A DNA stretch of 34,595 nt from an uncultured Deinococcales bacterium (GTDB taxonomy: Bacteria > Deinococcota > Deinococci > Deinococcales > JAAFIG01): NCBI GenBank assembly GCA_964247135.1, contig CAXTTL010000020.1, positions 1 to 34,595 of the forward strand. The letters are read 5' to 3'. The translations under genes and the position numbers were made by a program. The notes under the pieces were generated by a model, which saw nothing but the letters and a program-made list of their open reading frames with translations, did not search any database and was not told the origin of the DNA. Of the stretch, positions 1-9,738 are shown in pieces. Every line of letters starts with the position of its first letter. Within the stretch, counting starts at the first letter, position 1.

Positions 1-775
1 GTGGCTACTGCGCACTTTTGCCGGCCGCTCCCGGCTGCAAGAACAATGCCGCAAGCTCGGGCGGCGGTGGGCCAAATGCGATACCCGTGCTGATGGTGGT
101 GACGTTCGGAATCACGACGCTGCCGAAACTCGAGTTGATCTCGTGAATGTTGAGGGTGTGAAAGGTCATGAAGAGCAAGAACATGCCCAGCATCAAAAAC
201 GCATCGCCAATACGGTTGACGATGAAGGCTTTACGCGCCGCGTCCGAATTATTGCGGTCGGTGTACCAAAAACCAATCAGCAGGTACGAGGCGACACCGA
301 CGCCCTCCCAACCGATAAACAAAACAGGATACGAATCGGCAAGCACCAAAATCAGCATCATGCCAATAAAAAAATTGAGGTACGCGAAAAACCTCGAGAA
401 TCCCTTGTCAGCGTGCATGTAACCAATGGCAAAGACATGAATCAAAAATCCAATGCCCGTGATAATCAGGGTCATGATGCTCGAGAGGTGATCGAGCGCG
501 AAACCGAATTGCAAGGGCTTGCTGACGAGTTGCCCTTTCTCGAGCACCCAGATTGGCAAGAAATCCCAACGCAAGGTGTCAAGCAAAGGTTCTTTCATTG
601 GTGAAACTTGCACAAAACCAATGACCGCCAGCACGAACGACAAGAACACCAAGCTCGAGGCAATAATCCCTGGCATGGATTCTTTCATGTTCTTGCCCCA
701 GACGATCAGCACAAACCAGCCCAGCAATGGCAGCACGGGCATGAAAGCGAAAAGATTATGATTTAAGAAGTCCAC
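1..775 (-). CDS. nuoL: NADH-quinone oxidoreductase subunit L (5' part; runs to window edge)
   Basis: Hydrophobic ND5-like protein with GYMHADKGFSRFFAYLNFF, GWEGVG, AFIVNRIGD and GKSAQ motifs; follows nuoK. The TAG at 5-7 is probably a sequence error (see findings). Confidence 0.95.
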
Positions 776-777
776 AA

Positions 778-1080
778 TTATCCTTTAAGGCTCGAGAGCA
801 CATCCACGTTGGTGGTTGGACGCTTCTTGAAGATCGCCACGATGATTCCCAAACCAATCGCAACCTCAGCGGCGGCAAGGGTCAAAATAATAAACACGGC
901 ACTTTGCGCGACCAGATCACCCCAAGCTCGAGAGAACGCGACCAGCGCGAGGTTCGCGGCGTTCAGCATCAACTCGACACACAAGAACATCTGAATCGCA
1001 GAGCGGCGCGTGAGAAAACCAACCGCGCCAATTGAAAATAAAATCGCGGCGAGCGCAATGTAATACTGCGTTTCGACCAT
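778..1080 (-). CDS. nuoK: NADH-quinone oxidoreductase subunit K
   Basis: ELMLNAANL and AAAEVAIGL motifs. Start moved to ATG at 1080 (MVETQ), just after the nuoJ stop, giving 100 aa. Confidence 0.95.
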   Translation of the reverse strand: MVETQYYIALAAILFSIGAVGFLTRRSAIQMFLCVELMLNAANLALVAFSRAWGDLVAQSAVFIILTLAAAEVAIGLGIIVAIFKKRPTTNVDVLSSLKG

Positions 1081-1081
1081 G

Positions 1082-1672
1082 TTAAGCCACCACCTTTGCA
1101 GGATTGACACTCGAGATTTCGTCGGCATAAGCATTGTCGGTGGCGTGTTCGGTTGGTGTCTCGAGTTCTTCATTGTGCGCGGGTTGACGATGCACCAATG
1201 ACACCGCCCCGATTGCCGCAATCAAGAGCAGAATACTAACGACTTCAAACGGCAGCAAGAACTTGGTGAACAAAACCTCACCAATTGCGCCAGGTGTGCC
1301 ACCCTGAAGGGCTGCGGTTGCCGTCTCGAGGTTCTTCGGGGCTTTAAATTGAAACGCCGTGAACGCGAGTGCGCCTGCCAACACCAGACCGCCCGCAATC
1401 GCCACGGGTTGAACCCAAGGCAATGGGTCAGCGTCCGACATTTGCGATTCGTTGAGAAGCATAATCACAAACAAGAACAACACCATGATCGCACCCGCGT
1501 AGACCATCACCTGCACCGACGCGAGAAACTGCGCGTGCAAAGTCACGTACATCATCGCCAGCGTCAACAGCGTACCGACCAACGACAACGCCGAGTAAAT
1601 GCCGCTCTTGAACGTGATCGTGCCAATCGCGCCAGCAATCGCCAGCACTGCCAAAATCACAAAAATCACCAT
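1082..1672 (-). CDS. nuoJ: NADH-quinone oxidoreductase subunit J
   Basis: QVMVYAGAIMVLFLFVIMLL and LLPFEVVSILLL motifs; operon position. Confidence 0.95.
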   Translation of the reverse strand: MVIFVILAVLAIAGAIGTITFKSGIYSALSLVGTLLTLAMMYVTLHAQFLASVQVMVYAGAIMVLFLFVIMLLNESQMSDADPLPWVQPVAIAGGLVLAGALAFTAFQFKAPKNLETATAALQGGTPGAIGEVLFTKFLLPFEVVSILLLIAAIGAVSLVHRQPAHNEELETPTEHATDNAYADEISSVNPAKVVA

Positions 1673-2289
1673 CAGCGTTTCACCTCATTTAAAGGCTCGA
1701 GGTTTGGCTTCACGCCCACACCAGACCCAGGAATGGTGGATACGCTGCTCGAGCGATTCTTGTTCGCATTGATGGCTTCCTCGACCTCACGGCGCGGTGT
1801 GACCACAAAACCGCGTTTGACAGGCTTGGTTTTCTTGGCGGCTTCGCGGCGTTGCGGTTTGCTGCCCTCGACCCCCACGATCATGTCCTCTTTGCCGTAC
1901 ACCATGTCCCTGGTCTTGTAATCCGCCATTTCAAACTCGTTGCCCAAAATGACCGCACCCGTCGGGCAAGCCTCTTCGCACATGCCGCAAAAAATGCAGC
2001 GCAACATGTTGATCTCGTAGACGCTCGCGTGACGTTCACCCGCGCTGACCGTGTTGGTGGGCGTGTTTTCCGCCGCCTCAACGTAAATCGCGTAAGCGGG
2101 ACACGCCGCCGCACAAAGCGAACAACCAATGCACTTCTCGAGTCCGTTCGCATGACGCGTGAGGATGTGCCGACCACGGTAACGCGGTTGCAATCGGGCT
2201 GGCGTTTCGGGGTAGGACACCGTGACAGGCTTGGTGAAAAGCTTGCCCAGTGTGACCCCCATTCCTTTGGCTATCTCGAGAACACCCAT
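1672..2289 (-). CDS. nuoI: NADH-quinone oxidoreductase subunit I
   Basis: Two CxxCxxCxxxCP ferredoxin motifs ([24 protein letters not shown]); RYRGRH. Confidence 0.97.
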   Translation of the reverse strand: MGVLEIAKGMGVTLGKLFTKPVTVSYPETPARLQPRYRGRHILTRHANGLEKCIGCSLCAAACPAYAIYVEAAENTPTNTVSAGERHASVYEINMLRCIFCGMCEEACPTGAVILGNEFEMADYKTRDMVYGKEDMIVGVEGSKPQRREAAKKTKPVKRGFVVTPRREVEEAINANKNRSSSVSTIPGSGVGVKPNLEPLNEVKR

Positions 2290-2385
2290 TATGAAGAACC
2301 TCCAGTGGTTAGAACGTTGCGAAAAAAATAATTAAACATCTCATTTATCCTTCTACATTTGCCGATAATTGCTTTCTGTCACATC

Positions 2386-2781
2386 TTAAGCAGCATTCGA
2401 TTTTGTAATTGACAACACGCGATTACGCGTCGAAAAACACACGTCAAAATTCTTCAAAAAGTCATCGTGTCCTAAAATAACTCGAGCACGATCATGAACA
2501 AGCCAACAAAATTCCATCTCAAGTGGATCAAATTCACGAATCTTCAACAGTAATTTTACTTTTTTTGAAGCTCCAGCAACACTACCGCCAATTTCTGGAC
2601 CATCCAATGCTGAGTCCCAATCCAAACCAAGTTGTAAACCAATCGAATGAGGTAAAACATTCACTGAAGCGCCAGAATCAACCAATGCCAAAAGTTCGTG
2701 TTTTAGCCCTAAACGCACCCAAACCATCGGCATATACGAATCGTCACTCATTTGACGGTAGGGGGCAACAAAGGTTTTCAC
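2386..2781 (-). CDS. Retropepsin-like (clan AA) aspartyl protease
   Basis: LVDSGAS catalytic motif and ILGxDFL-like C-terminal motif (VILGHDDFL); GTG start overlaps the upstream stop (GTGA). Confidence 0.8.
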   Translation of the reverse strand: MKTFVAPYRQMSDDSYMPMVWVRLGLKHELLALVDSGASVNVLPHSIGLQLGLDWDSALDGPEIGGSVAGASKKVKLLLKIREFDPLEMEFCWLVHDRARVILGHDDFLKNFDVCFSTRNRVLSITKSNAA

Positions 2782-2972
2782 GGACGCAAAGCTTCCTCTT
2801 CTTCTGGCGTTAACATCACTGGTTCTGGCAAATCTTCACGCAAATCCATATAAATCACGCGATTTGGTTGCAGATGCCGAATGGCTTCTTGCTCGAGAAG
2901 CGCTTCTTTCAAAAGCAAAAACTCGTTATCAGGAAGTTGTTGAACCGTTTCAATCAATTGCGCGACACTCAT
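2778..2972 (-). CDS. Small hypothetical protein, antitoxin/addiction-module-like N-terminus
   Basis: GGAGG RBS; 64 aa acidic helical protein (QLIETVQQLPDNEFLLLKEALL); coupled to the protease gene. Function is inferred. Confidence 0.65.
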   Translation of the reverse strand: MSVAQLIETVQQLPDNEFLLLKEALLEQEAIRHLQPNRVIYMDLREDLPEPVMLTPEEEEALRP

Positions 2973-2990
2973 AACGCACCTCCAAACCCT

Positions 2991-2996
2991 ATTCTA
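2991..2996 (-). promoter_or_regulatory. Putative internal -10 box (TAGAAT) for the 64 aa/protease pair
   Basis: TAGAAT immediately after the nuoH stop and upstream of a GGAGG RBS. Confidence 0.4.
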
Positions 2997-2997
2997 C

Positions 2998-4119
2998 TCA
3001 ATCCCCAGCCACCGCTCGAGTTTTCACATCGACCTTCTGCCAATCTCGAGAACCCGAAAACACCACCATTGCAATCACGACAACCACGCTAAAAAGACCC
3101 AAGTACCAGAGACTCGAGTTTGGAAGAAAAGCTTTGTACGCGGCGGTTGCCAGTGTGTTCACGAGCGCAACAGGGAACAAGAATTTCCAACCGAATTGCT
3201 GCAACTTGTCGTACCTCATGCGGGGCAGCGTGGCGCGAACCCAGATAAAAATAAATAACCACAAGGCAATTTTGGCGAACAACCAGATAAACGGAATGTT
3301 CGCAATGGTTTCACCCAAGAACGCAGGTCCTTTGAAACCACCCATGAACAAGGTGCTAATGACCGCGCTGGCGGTAATCATGTTCACGTACTCCGCCATT
3401 TGAAACAACGCCCATTTGATGCTCGAGTATTCGGTCAAGTACCCTGCGACCAATTCTTGTTCGGCTTCGGGAAGATCAAACGGTGTGCGGTTGGTTTCGG
3501 CGAAGCTCGAGATGACAAAAGTCACGAATGCCACGCCTTGAAACAAAATCAGGATGCCGTGATCGGCTTGCCAGTTGACAATGCCGACAAGGTTCATTGT
3601 GCCTGTCAGCATCAAAAGCCCAAGCACGCTAAGTCCCTGCCCAAGTTCGTAAGAAATGATTTGAGCGCTCGAGCGTAAACCACCAAAAAGCGGGTATTTG
3701 CTGCCCGAAGACCAACCCGCCAGGAAAATCCCGTAAACGCCCATGCTGGTGGTTGCCAGAATGAACAGCAAACCAATGTCGAGGTTAAAAACCCAAGGGT
3801 CTTGCCCGAAAAATGATCCTTTTGGTCCGGCTGGAATTGCGCCGAATGCCGAAAGTGCCATTGTTATGGCGATAAACGGCGCAAGCCAGAAGATGATTTT
3901 ATCGGCGGCGGTGACGACCAAATCTTCTTTGAAAATGGATTTGATGGCGTCGGCAATGGGTTGTGCCAAACCGAGTGGACCCACTCGGTTTGGACCAGAA
4001 CGAATCTGGAATCGTGCCAACAAACGACGTTCGATTAAGGTCATGTAAGCGAACGTGGTCAGTAAACCCAGCACAACCAGGACGGCTTTTAATAAGGTAT
4101 AAAGTATCTCAGGAAGCAT
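2998..4119 (-). CDS. nuoH: NADH-quinone oxidoreductase subunit H
   Basis: [39 protein letters not shown] and [10 protein letters not shown] motifs. Confidence 0.97.
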   Translation of the reverse strand: MLPEILYTLLKAVLVVLGLLTTFAYMTLIERRLLARFQIRSGPNRVGPLGLAQPIADAIKSIFKEDLVVTAADKIIFWLAPFIAITMALSAFGAIPAGPKGSFFGQDPWVFNLDIGLLFILATTSMGVYGIFLAGWSSGSKYPLFGGLRSSAQIISYELGQGLSVLGLLMLTGTMNLVGIVNWQADHGILILFQGVAFVTFVISSFAETNRTPFDLPEAEQELVAGYLTEYSSIKWALFQMAEYVNMITASAVISTLFMGGFKGPAFLGETIANIPFIWLFAKIALWLFIFIWVRATLPRMRYDKLQQFGWKFLFPVALVNTLATAAYKAFLPNSSLWYLGLFSVVVVIAMVVFSGSRDWQKVDVKTRAVAGD

Positions 4120-4142
4120 TTATTTTTCTCCTTTATGACCAT

Positions 4143-4763
4143 TCATAATTTGGATTGCATCAATGCAGAATACATTTGTTGCGTCACTTTGTAACGTTCT
4201 TCGCCGGTTCTTCGGTTCACAATAATGGTAAATGAGGCAACGCGATCAAGTTGTGCTTCTCGAGCGAATGACGTGTGCTCAAAATCAAAACGTACACCTG
4301 GCAGTACACTTTCGACAATCGGAGCTTTGATAACTGCAAGACTCATACCTGCTTCATCCTCGAGATTGATCGAAAGACTGGCAGTTTTGATATCAATATC
4401 ACTTCCATTGACCACTACAAAAACATGGGCTTCATCGCGTGATTTTGTATAAACAGAAGTGTTAAAAAATGATTCCCGATTTCCATTTGCAACAAGTCCT
4501 CCAAAAATACCGCAAAAAATAGCAGCTTGTCCTGGCGCAGATTGAAATCGAATTGAGTGCCCATTTGAGGAAAGTGGAATTCCTCCAACCGTTGTACCCA
4601 AATCGGATTGTGCAAACAAATCCATCTTGGTATTACAAGCACTTTTTATTGTCGCATTTGATGGCGCAAAAATAGCTCTAGCCCAACTTTCACCCGTACC
4701 AGCACCAGGGGCACAAGCAGCTAACGATAAAAGCAGAACACCCATTCCAATGAAGTTCTTCAT
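4143..4763 (-). CDS. Hypothetical lipoprotein (paralog of 4763-5467)
   Basis: Signal peptide with LAAC lipobox; ATG overlaps the upstream stop (TGATG). Confidence 0.75.
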   Translation of the reverse strand: MKNFIGMGVLLLSLAACAPGAGTGESWARAIFAPSNATIKSACNTKMDLFAQSDLGTTVGGIPLSSNGHSIRFQSAPGQAAIFCGIFGGLVANGNRESFFNTSVYTKSRDEAHVFVVVNGSDIDIKTASLSINLEDEAGMSLAVIKAPIVESVLPGVRFDFEHTSFAREAQLDRVASFTIIVNRRTGEERYKVTQQMYSALMQSKL

Positions 4764-5467
4764 CACTGCTCACTCCCAACAGCCGAATTCAGAACCGCAC
4801 CCTCTCGAGTTATCAAACCATGCTCGAGTTGAACCAGATTTTTTTGAGGGTTCTTGCTGGTGAGGGTTAAATCCGAAGTGTCTCGAGGGTTGGTTGTTAA
4901 AGCTGGGTATAAATCTTGGGTGACCTTATATTTTTCTTCAACACCTTTGCGGGTCAAAACAATGGTGAAGGACATGGTTTTATCGAGGTTGACTTTGTCA
5001 GCATCACTCACGGTATCAAACTGAAACCAAACTTTGTTGGCTTCGGATTCGACATCTGAGGCTTGCATTTGCGCGAACTCGAGTCCTTTTTCATCCTCGA
5101 GCGAAAGCAGCAGTTTGACATCGGCTGGCACAAGTCCTTCGTTCGTCACCAAAATTTGCGTTGAAAAAATTGGGAATGTATCTGGTCGTCGTTGCACCAG
5201 AAGTCCTATCGAATTGCAAAAAAAGTAGGTTTTGCCAAGGCTTGACCACAAACTTAATTCGCCAGTTGGTGGTTGAAAATGAACATCCACTTTTTCGTTG
5301 AGACCCCGCTGTGAAATGCCGTAATACGCGCCGCTCGTGCAAGCTTTTTCGTGGGCGGCTTTGTCGGGGGCAAACATGACACGCGCCCAAGATTGAGCGC
5401 CAGGTAGCGTTGACGCACAACTCGAGAAGAGTGTTGCCAGGGCAAGGATTGGAACCAGTTTTTTCAT
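4763..5467 (-). CDS. Hypothetical lipoprotein (paralog of 4143-4763)
   Basis: MKKLVPILALATLFSSC lipoprotein signal; ATG overlaps the nuoG stop (TGATG). Confidence 0.75.
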   Translation of the reverse strand: MKKLVPILALATLFSSCASTLPGAQSWARVMFAPDKAAHEKACTSGAYYGISQRGLNEKVDVHFQPPTGELSLWSSLGKTYFFCNSIGLLVQRRPDTFPIFSTQILVTNEGLVPADVKLLLSLEDEKGLEFAQMQASDVESEANKVWFQFDTVSDADKVNLDKTMSFTIVLTRKGVEEKYKVTQDLYPALTTNPRDTSDLTLTSKNPQKNLVQLEHGLITREGAVLNSAVGSEQ

Positions 5468-7842
5468 CAATCGTCACCGCTTGCTGCCATCGCCACTTTC
5501 AGCACGGCACTCGAGCCAACCACATCCCCCTCGAGCGCGGGAAGGTTTGGGATACTGGCAGTTGCGGAGACTCGAGCGATCACAATGCGGTTTCGTCCGT
5601 TGACATTCACCTCGAGTTTTTCATTGTCGCGCACGCCAAATTTGCTGGCATCGTTGCTCGAGAGCATCAGGTTATCAAGCCCGATGGATTCCCGAACCCT
5701 GGCGCTGCCCATCAGCATTTTTTCTTGCCACATGCGCGGGGTCAGCAGCACATCTCCTCCACCGAGGCGCAAGGTTGCGGCAGCTTTGACAGCGGGTTTC
5801 TTGCTTGGGAAAACACCCTCGAGTGGAATGTTTTCAAAATCCAGTCCAAATCGGGTGTTCAGTTCGCGTTGGGCGCTGCGCGTTCCACGAATCTCGAGTT
5901 TAACATCGAGCGCATCTGCCAGTGCTGAAATTGCTCCGATCAAATCCATACTTTCGCCACCGTTGACGGCAGCCTGTTGCACTGGCAGGAAACGTCCCTC
6001 GAGATTGACCGTTGTACCACGTTTTTCAAAGTTGCTGGATTGTGGCAGCACGACATCGGCTTTCAGGGCTGCGCCCGTAAGTTGCGTGGTATGAACCACC
6101 AGAAACTCGAGGTCTTTAGGACGTTCTGCTGCAAAACCTGAGATGAAGGCGGTTTTCAAACCTTCAAATTGCCCATACGTCCGTCCGTTTTGCCCCGGAG
6201 TTAAATTCAAAAACTCGAGTCCCGCGCCGTTTGCCGCCGCCGGAATCGGTAGGATTTTCGCGCCAAGTTTTGCCGCCGCAGCCAGAACGCTTGCCGCGTC
6301 GCTCGAGAGGGCGAACGAACCGAGCACAATCACAGGGTTTTTCGCGCCAGCCAAAAGTTTTGCGGCGCTCGAGATGGCGGGAGTGGTTTCAGTGTTCGAG
6401 TTTGACTTGCTTGCCAGCAGTTGCTTTAGAAGCTCGAGTTCACCACCGACAGCGTACACGTCGCTGATGCCAGCATGTTCCATTTGCTTCACGCGAATTG
6501 GGGCGAACACCGCCAGCTTGTTGCGCTTGCGGTCCATGCGTTCTTTCAAACGCAAATCTGCCAGTGCCGTGCCGTGGTTGTACTTCAGGTCGCTGACGAC
6601 ACCCTTCAGCATTTCCTCGATTCGCAAGTACGTCGTGCCAGATTCCTCGTACAAATCCGCACCGATCACAATCACCGCATCGGCTCGCGCCACCTCGTCC
6701 AAGGTTGGGCGGTTAAAGCTCGAGAGTGCCGCGTTCAAACGCGGGAAGTGATCGACATTGATTGTGCCGAGTGCCGCTGCGAATTTCTCGAGTGCCACAC
6801 CTTCCTCGAGCGTGATGTCCGCGTTCGAGTACACCCCAAGTTTTGACTTGTCGGTGCTGCTAAGTCCAGCTTTGATCGCCGCGACTGCCTCATCCCAGCT
6901 TGCAGGCTCGAGCTTGCCATTCTTGCGAACGAGCGGTGTTTTCAGTCTCGAGTCGGCATCCACCCACTCGTGACCATAACGCGTTGCATCGTTGATCCAG
7001 ATTTCGTTGACGCTCGAGTTGTTGCCTGCCCGAATCCGTTCGATGCGTCCCGTTCTTGCGTCCACCCAGATACTCGCGCCGTCGGCATTGTTCATGGCGG
7101 TGGTTTGCGTGCGGTCGTATTCCCAGTTGCGACCCTTGAAACGCGCCACGTTGTCCAGGAGCGCACCCACAGGGCAGATATCGCCAATGTTGCCGCTAAA
7201 ATTGCCAAGGTTGCGACCCGCCAAATCCTCGGATTCCATGCTGTCAATGTACGTGTGACCACCGCGTTCGATGAAATCCAGTTTTTCCTCGCCAGGAATT
7301 TCCTCGAAATACCGCACGCAACGCTTGCAATGAATGCAGCGTTCCTTGTCGAGCACAATAAAATCTGATAAGGCATGGTGCTTGTCGGCATGACGACGGG
7401 TGAACTCGAAACGCGCCTCGCCGTAACCGTACTCGTAAGCGCGGTCTTGCAACTCGCACGCACCGCCCTTGTCGCAAGTGGGGCAATCGAGCGGATGGTT
7501 GATGAGCGTAAACTCCATCATGCCCGCCTGGGCTTTGACCGCCGGCGCGGAAGTGGTCTTGATGACCATGCCCTCAGAAATTGCCAAGGTGCAACTGGCA
7601 ACCGTGCCAGGGAAGAAGAACAACTTCGGTTGACCCGTCGCGTCATCCATGATCCACGAGCCATCAGGGTTCTTGCGAGGGCTGCCCGCCTCGACCAAGC
7701 ACATGCGACACGCGCCGACGGGTGACAGGTACTCGTTTGAGCAGAAGTACGGGACATCAAAACCCGCATGGAAGAGCGCATCCAAAGCGGATGTGCCGTT
7801 GGCGACTTCGATTTCACGATCATTGACGATTACTTTAGGCAT
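5467..7842 (-). CDS. nuoG: NADH-quinone oxidoreductase subunit G
   Basis: N1b (C..GACRMC..C), N5 (HPLDCPTCDKGGAC) and N4 (CIHCKRC..CPVGAL) ligands; GGAG RBS before ATG 7842; insertion after CRMC like that of Thermus Nqo3. Confidence 0.97.
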   Translation of the reverse strand: MPKVIVNDREIEVANGTSALDALFHAGFDVPYFCSNEYLSPVGACRMCLVEAGSPRKNPDGSWIMDDATGQPKLFFFPGTVASCTLAISEGMVIKTTSAPAVKAQAGMMEFTLINHPLDCPTCDKGGACELQDRAYEYGYGEARFEFTRRHADKHHALSDFIVLDKERCIHCKRCVRYFEEIPGEEKLDFIERGGHTYIDSMESEDLAGRNLGNFSGNIGDICPVGALLDNVARFKGRNWEYDRTQTTAMNNADGASIWVDARTGRIERIRAGNNSSVNEIWINDATRYGHEWVDADSRLKTPLVRKNGKLEPASWDEAVAAIKAGLSSTDKSKLGVYSNADITLEEGVALEKFAAALGTINVDHFPRLNAALSSFNRPTLDEVARADAVIVIGADLYEESGTTYLRIEEMLKGVVSDLKYNHGTALADLRLKERMDRKRNKLAVFAPIRVKQMEHAGISDVYAVGGELELLKQLLASKSNSNTETTPAISSAAKLLAGAKNPVIVLGSFALSSDAASVLAAAAKLGAKILPIPAAANGAGLEFLNLTPGQNGRTYGQFEGLKTAFISGFAAERPKDLEFLVVHTTQLTGAALKADVVLPQSSNFEKRGTTVNLEGRFLPVQQAAVNGGESMDLIGAISALADALDVKLEIRGTRSAQRELNTRFGLDFENIPLEGVFPSKKPAVKAAATLRLGGGDVLLTPRMWQEKMLMGSARVRESIGLDNLMLSSNDASKFGVRDNEKLEVNVNGRNRIVIARVSATASIPNLPALEGDVVGSSAVLKVAMAASGDD

Positions 7843-7857
7843 AAACACTCCAATTTA

Positions 7858-8451
7858 TTATAGTGTGAGTAGAAATTTAACTAGGCTATCAAATGATGGG
7901 CATCGTGTTCTACATTTATCAAGATCAAGAATTTTTGCGTATATTTCATTATCATTTGTATCATATAAAGGTTTTTTACCCTTATCTCGAGAGAGCTTAA
8001 TCAGTTTTTCTTTGGGTTTTATAATTAATTCAGGGGTTAAATGAGCTTTTCCCTTTCCTTTGCTAATCTTATGGATAATATTATCATCCGACCAAAACCA
8101 TGCTTCCATTTCTTCAATTGGGATACATATAAAATTACTACAATTAGATGGAAATTTTATTTTAGCCAGTTCTAATTTTAGTTGATTAATATCTCTTAAA
8201 GCATTTGTTATCTTTAGTCTATCCAAATCATGAACTACAATAATATTACTATACCCTTTATCAAATAGTTCTCTCGCCCAAGCTGTTGCTTTAGTAACTA
8301 TTTTTCCACATCCACCATCTTGTCTTCCTTTTATTACTGCGCGATATTTTTTATTAGATTTTTCAATAAATACTCTTTGAATGATTTCCCTGAAAGCATT
8401 AATATCAGTTTCATCTTCAGCTATAATACCTATTTTTACATCTTTTTTCAT
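7858..8451 (-). CDS. DUF4276/RloB-like TOPRIM-fold protein
   Basis: IAEDETD, VVHDLD, IEEMEAWF and C-terminal CPSF motifs; AT-rich; ATGA-coupled to the ATPase. Confidence 0.7.
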   Translation of the reverse strand: MKKDVKIGIIAEDETDINAFREIIQRVFIEKSNKKYRAVIKGRQDGGCGKIVTKATAWARELFDKGYSNIIVVHDLDRLKITNALRDINQLKLELAKIKFPSNCSNFICIPIEEMEAWFWSDDNIIHKISKGKGKAHLTPELIIKPKEKLIKLSRDKGKKPLYDTNDNEIYAKILDLDKCRTRCPSFDSLVKFLLTL

Positions 8452-9575
8452 AATAAATGTCCATTATAGATAAAATCGCTAAGTGAAAGATTATCATCTA
8501 AGTATTTTTGTAAATTTATAATATGTTTTTTACCAAGTTTTACAGAATTTATTTTGTTATTTTCATTTTCAATAAATCTAATTGACTTGATTTCTGACCA
8601 ATCTACTACTTGTTTAGAATGAGTAGAAAGAATAATTTGACGTTGAAAAGAATAAGAATAAATGGTTGAAAGTATTTTTGATAACATTCCTGGGTGAATT
8701 GCAGTTTCAGGCTCTTCAATAAGCAATAAACCAGACTCATTTCGGATTAAATATATAATTATTTCAATTATTCGCAGTGTTCCATCTGAAATACTTCCTA
8801 TATTAACGCCATCAATAATTATAAAAATTAGATCATCGTTTTTTAGACCTTCTGTAGCTTCTTTGATTTGAATTTTATTATTATTTCTTGAAATAATCTG
8901 AAATTCGAGATTTGAAATTACTTTATTTTTCTTTAATAAATCTTTCAATTCCTTGAATTTAATTGAATTATTAATAGACCAGTCAATTAAAGTTTTTTTG
9001 ACATAGTGAAATCTATCATTTTTATCTTCAAGAAACTCTAAGCCTGTTATTACTTCATCTTTTCTTTGTTCATTTCTTGGTATTCCCGCTTTAACCAAAT
9101 GAAAATTAAGAAAAAAATCTCTAATCTCAACTATAACTTTAGAAAGTTTGGCTATACTAGATGTGTCAATACTCAATAAGCTCTTATTCGATGGAATTCT
9201 TAGTATTTCCAAGCCATAAGATGTCACTACCCCATCATTAATACTCCAAATCTCACTACCATCTGCAAAGAAACAAGATTCAGTTAAATTAAAATCATTA
9301 TTGCGTGAAAAAACTTCATCTTTTAGAGTAATTTCATATTTATAGATAATTTCTTTATGTTTCTTTAGTTTAATTTTACATTCAAATTGAATAGGTGAAT
9401 TCAATATATTGAATTCACCAAAAATAGTCTTTGCCCCTGAAAATATAGATTCAAGTATCACTGATTTTCCAGCGCTATTTTTACCAACTAAAACAATAAT
9501 TGAATTATTTAAATCTATATTGATTTCTTCTTGAGAAAATTTGAATCGATATCGGAATTTTACATTTTTAAGCAT
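8448..9575 (-). CDS. AAA_21/ABC-type ATPase
   Basis: Walker A GKNSAGKS, signature ISDGTLR, Walker B/D-loop LLLIEEPETAIHP, H-loop STHS; GAGGA RBS; AT-rich. Confidence 0.88.
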   Translation of the reverse strand: MLKNVKFRYRFKFSQEEINIDLNNSIIVLVGKNSAGKSVILESIFSGAKTIFGEFNILNSPIQFECKIKLKKHKEIIYKYEITLKDEVFSRNNDFNLTESCFFADGSEIWSINDGVVTSYGLEILRIPSNKSLLSIDTSSIAKLSKVIVEIRDFFLNFHLVKAGIPRNEQRKDEVITGLEFLEDKNDRFHYVKKTLIDWSINNSIKFKELKDLLKKNKVISNLEFQIISRNNNKIQIKEATEGLKNDDLIFIIIDGVNIGSISDGTLRIIEIIIYLIRNESGLLLIEEPETAIHPGMLSKILSTIYSYSFQRQIILSTHSKQVVDWSEIKSIRFIENENNKINSVKLGKKHIINLQKYLDDNLSLSDFIYNGHLL

Positions 9576-9738
9576 ATTGTCCTCGGAGCTGGATTTCAGA
9601 GAATTATATCTAATTTTTCAATATTCTTTATTTATATATATATTTCAGACAACGTTAACTCCATAAACCGACACTCGAGATACACCCTACTCGCCAATCT
9701 CGAGGGTTTCGGGAAGGGTGGTTGGTTGCTCGAGATGT

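Larger units (their letters stand above)
7850..9660. other. AT-rich horizontally acquired islet
   Basis: Roughly 25-30% GC by eye against about 50% in the flanks; only one CTCGAG (7986); perfect TATAAT on the minus strand at 9603-9608. No integrase or transposase seen. Confidence 0.85.

Noticed and set aside
5-7. Amber read-through or true nuoL pseudogene
   Set aside because: The clustered substitutions at the window edge are better explained as sequence error.
4763-4810. Lipoprotein C-terminal tail as a duplicated relic of the nuoG 3' end
   Set aside because: Only a weak resemblance (AVL...G.. then TGATG); not distinguishable from chance by eye.
7019-7842. CTCGAG-free 5' part of nuoG as a foreign recombination tract next to the islet
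   Set aside because: The encoded protein has no Leu-Glu, Ser-Ser or Ser-Arg, and I saw no suitable X-Arg contexts here, so amino-acid constraint explains the gap.
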